Source: Eledone cirrhosa
Taxonomy: Eukaryota
Assembly: GCA_964016885.1 (NCBI GenBank)
Contig: OZ024742.1
Coordinates: 233,244,001 to 233,308,000, forward strand
Direction of reading: 5' to 3'
Length of the DNA: 64,000 nucleotides
Made by a program: the position numbers and the translations under genes. Under the pieces are notes generated by a model, which saw only the letters and a program-made list of their open reading frames with translations, did not search any database and was not told the origin of the DNA. Shown here one piece after another: positions 56,211 to 64,000 of the stretch. Each line of letters opens with the position of its first letter. Within the stretch, counting starts at the first letter, position 1.

Positions 56211-56699
56211 CCCTTACTAAACACCTTTTTCCTTTCCTTTCTTTCGTCCCCCTCAGAAACCAATTCTTTGACAAATTTTACCCCCACGCCCTGAAAAAGA
56301 CTCCTTTCAATTATGTTTATACATATACTTGTAGTTCTATTTTACCCCCCCCCCCCATTTCTTGCCTTTATTTACAAACCCGTAAAACTAGAAGGTTACA
56401 TGGAATAATTTATACAGAAAAGAAAAGAAAAAAATTAAAGACATAATTTTATCATTATTATTAATTAAAATCTGAAACTAAATCTAATGCAATGCTGTTG
56501 GTGCAAACTTTTTTATTTACATATACAAGAACACCAGTAATGATACAGACTAATTAATTCTAGTTTGTAGGAGAGCAGTGAAAATATTCATTTGTTTGTG
56601 CAAAATCTTTGTTAATCGTAACTATCCTGAGGGTATCGTGTGTCCTGCATTTTCTGACGTGCAGAGCTCAATAAAACGTCTTTAGGATCCATTAAATGA

Positions 56700-57240
56700 C
56701 AACGTGCAGTAAGGCGATACGAGTTAACTGTATTTAGAGATACATAGGATAACTTCTCTTACAACCACCCACTCATATTTCATCCTCTAGCTACTACATT
56801 CGAAATTTAGAGCCACTCTTTCTCATTGTCTTCTGCAAGATATCCATCGTAAGGTTTCTATATAGGTATATGCTGCTTGTTTTCGTTACAGAAAAAAAAA
56901 AGAAAAAATATTTTCAGATAATTTTGTTATATTTCCTACAAAAGCCTCCTCCTTTACAGGCTCCAACGTTCGGAGGAAATTAACTGCAAATACAGCACCA
57001 CCATTTTTGCAAGACTACCATCATAAACTCGAAGTGTAATTTCATGCACCTCACTGCCACTAACTTCTTTCTTTCTTCCAACTAGCTGTCGATTCTTTTA
57101 GTCCATTGTTAAAAAATATTTGTCAACTTTACGGAATCATGATAGCATGAAGTCGCTCATCAACATACACCAATTTCTATCTCACAAATATGCTGTCTTC
57201 TCTCATGAAGGAAGTTCGCTGTGTCGATTTTGCACTTCTT
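56700..57240 (-). mobile_element. Possible IS630/Tc1-like transposase relic
   Basis: Fragments KLVYVDE, GA.KEEAFVGN and WL*EKL..V.LNTV in the expected order, but heavily disrupted. Confidence 0.3.
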
Positions 57241-57284
57241 GGAAGGTTAATGATTAATAAAAAATATGGTCATCGGAACTCTCT

Positions 57285-58782
57285 TCGGACAGTAAAACAG
57301 TGGCTCACAATGTATTTGCTGTGCCTGTCCTAACACTAACGTTTGGAATACTCGAGTGGACGATAGACAAAATCTGAGCAATTGATGTTAAAACTCGAAA
57401 AATTCTGTGACAACACCAGAAACTTCTAAATCAACAGTGACATACACCACCTCTATTTGAAAGGTAAGCAAGGAAGCACAGGCCTAACATCAGTCCAGAC
57501 AGCATTTGAGTATCGTATCATAACCCCCCCCCCCGGCAACATCTACGAACCTCCAAGCGAAGGATCTCATCTATTTCGCAGGTCTGTCTGCATGAGTCAG
57601 ATAGGATTATGAGAGTTGGGAAGGAACTCTTTGAAAGATATTCCCTGCATGATAATCAAAAACACACCCAGGGAAATTGCCCAGCAATAAATACCGCAGC
57701 GAATCCATAGATGAAAAACTGCATGCTTATCAGCAAAAAATCATGCATGGATATTTTGCCAGGAAGCTCCAGAGTGAGAGTAATATAGATAAGCAAAGTA
57801 GCCTTTCTTGGACAAACAACCGCTATATTGACTCCCACTTTGAAGGAAATGCTTTTGCAATCCAAGAACAGGAAATCAACGCAAAATACCCGATTCAAAA
57901 AAGCGATAGAGATGCAGGCATAACACCTAGATGTGACAACAAGTGCAGACTCTGCAGAATTAACATCGCAGATGTCACCCATGTCATAAGCAGCTGCCCA
58001 AAGATGCCATCGCGGTACTATCTACCTATTAGGCATGATGTAGTGGCAAAAACACTGCACAATGCAATCCGTAGAAAAGATAGCCCCGATAATAAACACA
58101 TTAAAAGTTTCAGCAAAGTGGAAGACATACATATACATAATATGTAAGAGTACTGGTGGAATGTTCCAGTAAAAACCTTAATAAAATGCAAGCATAACAG
58201 ACCAGATATAATTATACGGGACAGGGAAAAGAAGGCATGCACAGTGGTTGAAGTTAGCTGCCCAGCAGATGCCAATATCATATTAAAGATTAGCGAAAAG
58301 GAGAATATCTATGCAGAACTAATGAGAAATCTACAGATACTCCCCCCCTGACTATACCTTCAGATTTATGCTGGTGATTATTGGGGCACTGGGATATGTT
58401 ACTAACTGCCTTAGTACAAATCTTGAGAAGCTGGGCTTCACAGAAACAAAAAGAACGCGACTAGTTAGAAAATTACAAGTACAATCCATCAATGGAACGG
58501 TAAAAATTTGTAAAACATTCCAAAAATTCTGCATCTAATAGCTCGATGTACACATGTACAGTTACAAAGCATATACATGTGTACACATATAACTCAAAAC
58601 ATACACCTCCACACATAAAATAACATCCATACCTGCACACACATCCATGCATGCAGACATGCATACATATTTACCTAGTTGATGTTGTGTAAATTCCAAT
58701 GAGAGAGTCTTGTAACTATGTTAGAAACCGACTCTCTCTCTCTACTGGTAAAAAATGGTGAAATTATAAAACCAGAAGAACA
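57285..58782 (+). mobile_element. R4/Dong-like LINE, 5'-truncated (post-RT region, CCHC finger, RLE, 3' UTR) ending in (CATA)n
   Basis: IDVKTRKIL, FEGNAFAIQEQEI, CRLC...VTHVISSC, RHDVVAK, HNRPDII, VEVSCP. Confidence 0.85.
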
Positions 58783-58814
58783 TACATACATACATACATA
58801 CATAGATACATACA

Positions 58815-59150
58815 TGAAGGCTGCCCCTCGCTATCGTGTATAGCCATTGCATAATATAACATTATTGATAATAATTAATTAATTCTATCGTGCAATGCCT
58901 GTGCGTGAAGATTTTTTTAAAGTGAGGAAAGACTGTGCACAGAGCCAATCCCACTCTCTGAGCGACAGTAGCTATAACCCGAAAAGAAGAAAAGATCAAC
59001 ATTATCGGTAACTACTGAGCCATAGGTTTTATGTCGGAATTATCCCAGTTTCTTGAGTTGCCTTCTCCTAGAAGAATGCTCTGACAAAGGCTATGGGGTC
59101 CTTCACTCCCAATGGTTTAACTGCGTGATCGGGTATGCAGCCCGATTATA
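58815..59150 (-). mobile_element. (TGTA)n-associated non-coding repeat
   Basis: Close reverse-complement match to 23520-23860, bounded by (CATA)n. Confidence 0.75.
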
Positions 59151-59271
59151 CACACATACATACATACATACATGCATACATACATGCATACATACATACA
59201 TACATACATACATACATACATACATACATACATACATACATACATACATACATACATACATACATACATAC

Positions 59272-59570
59272 AAGATACACCTTCAACTTCAAGCCCATCA
59301 TTACTGGAGCTATAGGTTATATACCAACCCGCTTGGACCAAAATATAACTGAACTTGGATTTGTGGACAAAGAGCGCAGCTCCCTAATTCATAGACTACA
59401 TATGGCTACAATAACTGGCACCTTCAAAATTTGCAAAACATTCTTGCGATTGAAGGGATGACAATTTCTTTTCTTTTACAACCTTGCCAACAGGAAGGTG
59501 GCCGGTCGAAAATTAAGAGAAAGAGAAACGTACATACAGAAATGCTTATATTGTTAATACATTGAAACTT
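59272..59570 (+). mobile_element. R4/Dong-like LINE extreme 3' fragment next to (CATA)n
   Basis: YTFNFKPIITGAIGYI....ELGF....TGTFKICKTFL parallels YTFRF.LVIIGALGYV...KLGF...GTVKICKTF at 58350-58520. Confidence 0.7.
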
Positions 59571-59586
59571 TGCTTGTCCTCATAGG

Positions 59587-59840
59587 CAGGGCCAGTACCA
59601 GATTATCTGGCACCCTAGGCAACGTTAGATTCTGGCGTCCCCCCCACCCCATGAAAATATCAATTTCAATATTTATAAACAATAAGTTTTTTTTTTAATT
59701 TTTCAACATTTATTTTTCCCTGTATGAAATAAACCAGGTTGAAAAAAACACCTTCAATAAAACTGAAATTTATTTATTTACTTTTAAAAATTGTTGTTGA
59801 TTTGGAGAAATGCGCTCCCTGAAATCAGCGCCCTAGATGG
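59587..59840. mobile_element. Possible hAT-like MITE remnant
   Basis: Starts cagggccagtacc...ggcaccctaggc, has an AT-rich interior and a gcgccctag motif near the other end. Confidence 0.35.
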
Positions 59841-61304
59841 CGTTTGGTTTGGTCGGAACCGCCAGATGTTCAAAAACTGAGACGAGGTAACGAGCAGCGT
59901 GTCCACTCTTGTCCAGAAATGGGCCAAGAGCAAGCTACCCCTGAAAGATTACACAGAAGTGGCGAACGCGTACATCGCGTCCATCATCTACTATTGCCTG
60001 ACCGTTGAGCTTTGTCGTGGTTCACGCCTTACCGCACCGGAGCGTTTACTCTTTATCTTTTTGTGGAAAAGACAGGTTCCACTGGTCCACTGGTCCATTT
60101 GCTCTCAATAGCCGCTGCATGGCGGGATGAGCATGCTGTGGCTGAAGGTGCACAAACATGCGCTGAGGCTACATCTCTAGCTTTTCCTTGCCAGTAAATA
60201 TGTGCGGTTACCTTTCGCTTGTCACGTTTTTGCCCAGCTCATCTCCGTGACGGAGCTGCATTCCTGGGCCAAGGGAAAACCGAGAGGGAGCGTTTAGAAA
60301 CTAGAATGTCTGTAAGCGCTCAAAGCTCTCTGAGAATCGAGCAGTACGATCGGTGGAAACTCCACCGTGGCGTTCTATAGAGGTTTAGTGGCGGGTAAAA
60401 ACGACGATGTTCTTGAGAAGATTCTGGGCGTCGTCCAAAATCAACTAGCCATTTTTTTTCCGGAGGACTTTCTGTCCAGGGCCCATGGATAACTTCCCGA
60501 AATTTCTGGCCTGGCAGTGCAAAATGGGAGCATTGCTGACTTGTGAATTCATGTCGAACACCAGCTGTCGTGAGTAGGACAGATCCGACTACCAATTGAG
60601 TCCATCGCGAAGATCACCCCGCCGTCTTCCATTAGCGCGGAAGGAAAGGCAGTTTTTAATCTACCTGTGGGCTATGGAGATAGAGGTTGTGTAGTGGACA
60701 TATCTGAAAGGGTTACGGGTCACGGACTTTATTCTTCGGCGAAGCCCTGATTAACTTTTTCAGGTTTCCCCCGAAGACAAAAATCAAAGTGGAAAATGAA
60801 GTGTTGTCTTCCAACCAGTTTGTTGAAAGGGGGGAGAAGGGTCCATAGAATGAGCCTACTCTGAGCGTGTGCCCGTAGATTGTAGGAGAATACAAGAGAG
60901 AGGGCACTTGCCCTGGCTGTTAGGATACCTGTGACTTTTTTGTGGAATTTCTCCACGAGTAACTCTTGGAAACCCCCCCCCCCCATAAGGGAATTTTCTT
61001 TTGTTCCATTTTTTTGTTACACCCTTTGTTTTTGTTTCATGTTTTTTTTTGTTTTTTTTTTACACGCAGAAACCGTGCTGTACCGTCCTGCGTTGTCCTC
61101 AATGTTATCATTTTCTAAACCCTTATGGTTAATAAAGAAAATACGCTTGTAGTTTGAGGAATGGGAAAAAAACTGAGAGAGGGCGCTTGCCCTGGTGGTG
61201 AGGGTGGCCGTGGTCTTTTGTGTGGTTTTCGCCACGAGTAACCCTCGGAAGCCCCCCCCCCCCTTATTGGGGAATTTTTCATTGTTTCAATTTTCATTTT
61301 TATT

Positions 61305-61361
<57 letters not shown>

Positions 61362-61490
61362 TCTATGTCTTTTTTTCTTTTCTTATATAAATAATAAAAA
61401 ATCTTTAAACGTACAAAACCCACATCGTACCGCCCTGTGCCGTCTGTAATGTTTTTCTTGATGTCAGCCCTTGTGGCCAATAAAGAAATT
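59840..61490 (+). mobile_element. Tx1-like LINE 3' portion, decayed, with duplicated 3' UTR segment
   Basis: LVQKWAKSKLPLK...EVANAYIASIIYY. 60895-61010 is repeated at 61175-61290. Ends gcccttgtggccaataaagaa plus (ATT)n. Confidence 0.8.
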
Positions 61491-61499
61491 ATTATTATT

Positions 61500-64000
61500 A
61501 TTATTATTATTATTACAGCTGCATTTATCTTGCTTTATGTTCATACGAGTTATCACCAAGTCACAACCAGTGACCTCAAGAGACAACAAGGTCTGCCATG
61601 TTCAAGAAAGAACATACATATTCACACATGCATCTTTAGGTGTTTAGACTTGTGATGTACTTATATTGACAGAATCTTCCTTAGTATATGGGCAGTTCCC
61701 ATTAGTACTATCCTTTGTATTTCTCCTATACGCGGGTTTCCTGGGATTTGCGATAAGTAATCATTAGACCCCTTAGGTATCATTCCTAGAGCGCCTACAA
61801 CTACTGGTATTGTTTTAGTTCTCAATTTCCACATTTTTCCAATTTCTATCTCCAGGTCCTTATACTTGCTCAATTTTTCAAATGTTTTTATAGATACATT
61901 CTTCTCTATTGGAACGGACATATCAATTAGCAGGCATACCCTCTTTTTAAAGTCCTTCAGTATTATATCAGGTCTGTTTGTATCTATTTTTCGGTCTGTT
62001 TGGATGCTAAAGTTCCACAAGATTGAGATGTGATCTTTTTCAAGTATGGGAGGTGGTTGATGCTCCCACCAATTCTTTTGATGGTAAAGGTCAAAATGCT
62101 TACACATTATCCAATGTATGTATTGTGCAGCTCTGTCATGCCTGTTTAGGTATTCGGTTGGAGCTATAGGACTGCACATCGAAATTATATGATCAATGGT
62201 CTCTGGTTGTTTTTTACATACACGGTATAATGGGCTGCATCCACTTTTTATTATGTTGGCTTGGTAATATTTTGTTGGCAGACACTGATCTTGTGCTGAT
62301 ATAATCAGTCCTTCAGTCTCCGATTTCAGTCCAGAGGATGCCAACCACTGATGGGTTAAAGTTTTGTCAACATCAGGATTGTTAGCTCGCTCTGGGTATT
62401 TTCCATACAGAGGCTTTTCTTGCCATTTCTTAGCCAGTTTCTGTAGCAGTTCTTTCTTTGCAGTTACTTTTACCTGCTTTGCTTTTTCTGTGTTTTCCAT
62501 TTCAGCAGTAAATGGTACTTCTGAAATTTGTAGTCCATTACTGTATCTTTGTGCATCTTTTGTAATGGAGTATGATCTTTTTGATGCTTTCGTGTTTCAA
62601 AACGGGTTTGATCATCCAATCATGTGATTCCCTTAGATATGTAGATAATCCAATTGTTGCAGTTTTCAACGCAATATCTAACTGGATTAACCCACGTCCT
62701 CCTTCTTTCCTAGGGTGATGAATTCTGTGCATGGTTAAGAATTTTCTAATTTTTGTATCGAGCCTATGGATCTCTGTGCTTGACCAGTTGATGAGATTGT
62801 AACTGTAGGTTACTACTGGTATGGCAAGCGTGTTTATGGCATCGATCCTATTCCTTGCATTCAATTCCGTTCTTAAGATTGCTCTTACTCTGCGGTAACA
62901 TTCCTTCCTTATCCTTTCCCTCATTGTCGAGTGCTTGATTCCGTCTCCTTCACAAACACCTAAATATTTGTAAGTTTCCTCTTGATCAAGTTCTCTTATC
63001 ACATTCCCCCGATCAAGATTAATGTCTGAACTCTTCAGCAGCTTTCCTCTGGTGAACGTTGCTTTGGCGCATTTATCTAGTTCAAACTCCATTTTAATGT
63101 CATCACTGAACTGCTACACAGTGGATAATAGTCCTTGCAATTGTTCATCATTTTTTGCAAATAGTTTCAGGTCATCCATGTAGAACAAGTGATTAATGGT
63201 TTTGTCATAGACTTTATATCCATGTTTTGTTTCATTTAGCATTTTACTTAATGGTATAAGTACGATGCAGAATAAAAGCGGTGATAAAGAGTCACCCTGA
63301 AAAATTCCACAATTAATATTAACTTCTCCAGCTTCCAGTGATTTTGTTTCACTATTCAAAAGGAGTGCCGTTTTCCATGACTTCATACTGAATGACAAAA
63401 ACCTCCTGACAACGGGAGATATTTTGAAAATCTCTAAACATTTTTCAATCCAACTGTGTGGCAAACTATCGAATGCTTTTTTATAATCTATCCAAGCAAT
63501 TGATAGATTTTTGTGTCTATTATGACAATCTTCCAGTATCATTTTGTTAACCCGAAGCTGATCCTTACAGCCATATGAGCCTCGTTTACACCCTTTCTGC
63601 TCAATGGGAAATAGGTCATTTGTTATCAGGTGGCCATATGTATATTCAGTTAGGACTGATGTTAAAATGTTATACATTGTGGTCAAGCAAATTATCGGTC
63701 TGTAATTTTTGGGATTGTTTGTCTCATCATTCTTCGAAGCAGGAATGTAATGCCGTTAACTAGCCATGATGGTATCTTTTCTGGCTCCTTAACTATTTCA
63801 TTGTAAAGTTGGGCTAACAGCTCATGAGACTCTGTGAAGGCATTTATCCAAAGATTTTGTATTTTGTCTTTTCCTGGGGATTTCCATTTGCTGGTTTTTC
63901 TAAGAGCCACTGGTCAACTTTTATATCTTCCCATATTTGTTCCTCAGGGTGAGCTGTATCTTTCATTTGTCTGTCTGTCCATGGGGCATGTATATTATAA
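61500..64000 (-). mobile_element. R4/Dong-clade LINE (RT, zinc finger, restriction-like endonuclease) with few frameshifts, running off the window; 3' end in (TAA)n
   Basis: WKSPGKD, EQKGC, AWIDYKKAFDS, GIFQGDSLSPLLF, HLFYMDDLKL, YKYLG, ETIDHIISMC, RHD, NRPDII, LIDMSVP, KLSKYKDL. Confidence 0.93.

Overview
AT-rich, repeat-saturated eukaryotic DNA. The tRNA-headed SINE families, dense microsatellites and LINE spectrum look like an octopus/coleoid cephalopod genome, which is an inference from repeat content only. No host gene is confidently identified; there is one weak candidate exon at 1639-1754. Most long ORFs in the track are microsatellite artefacts. The real coding remnants are decayed transposons: Tx1/L1-clade, RTE, CR1-like and R4/Dong LINEs, a Naiad-type Penelope-like element (PLE; RT plus GIY-YIG, 43.0-46.4 kb), Chapaev3-like and Tc1-like transposase relics, a Helentron-type element and MITEs. 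The most notable structure is a population of short non-coding elements embedded in (TA)n tracts between about 15.7 and 56 kb. They belong to many sequence-unrelated families but repeatedly share four traits: a hammerhead ribozyme core (CUGANGA...GAAA, often with a palindromic stem III), a fold-back duplication that can put a ribozyme on both strands, an unduplicated 65-100 nt tail, and a conserved ACTC-Nn-TTGAGT(G/A)C stem-loop at the arm/tail boundary. One element carries hammerhead core segments in a non-standard order. All ribozyme calls are by-eye structural predictions and coordinates are approximate.
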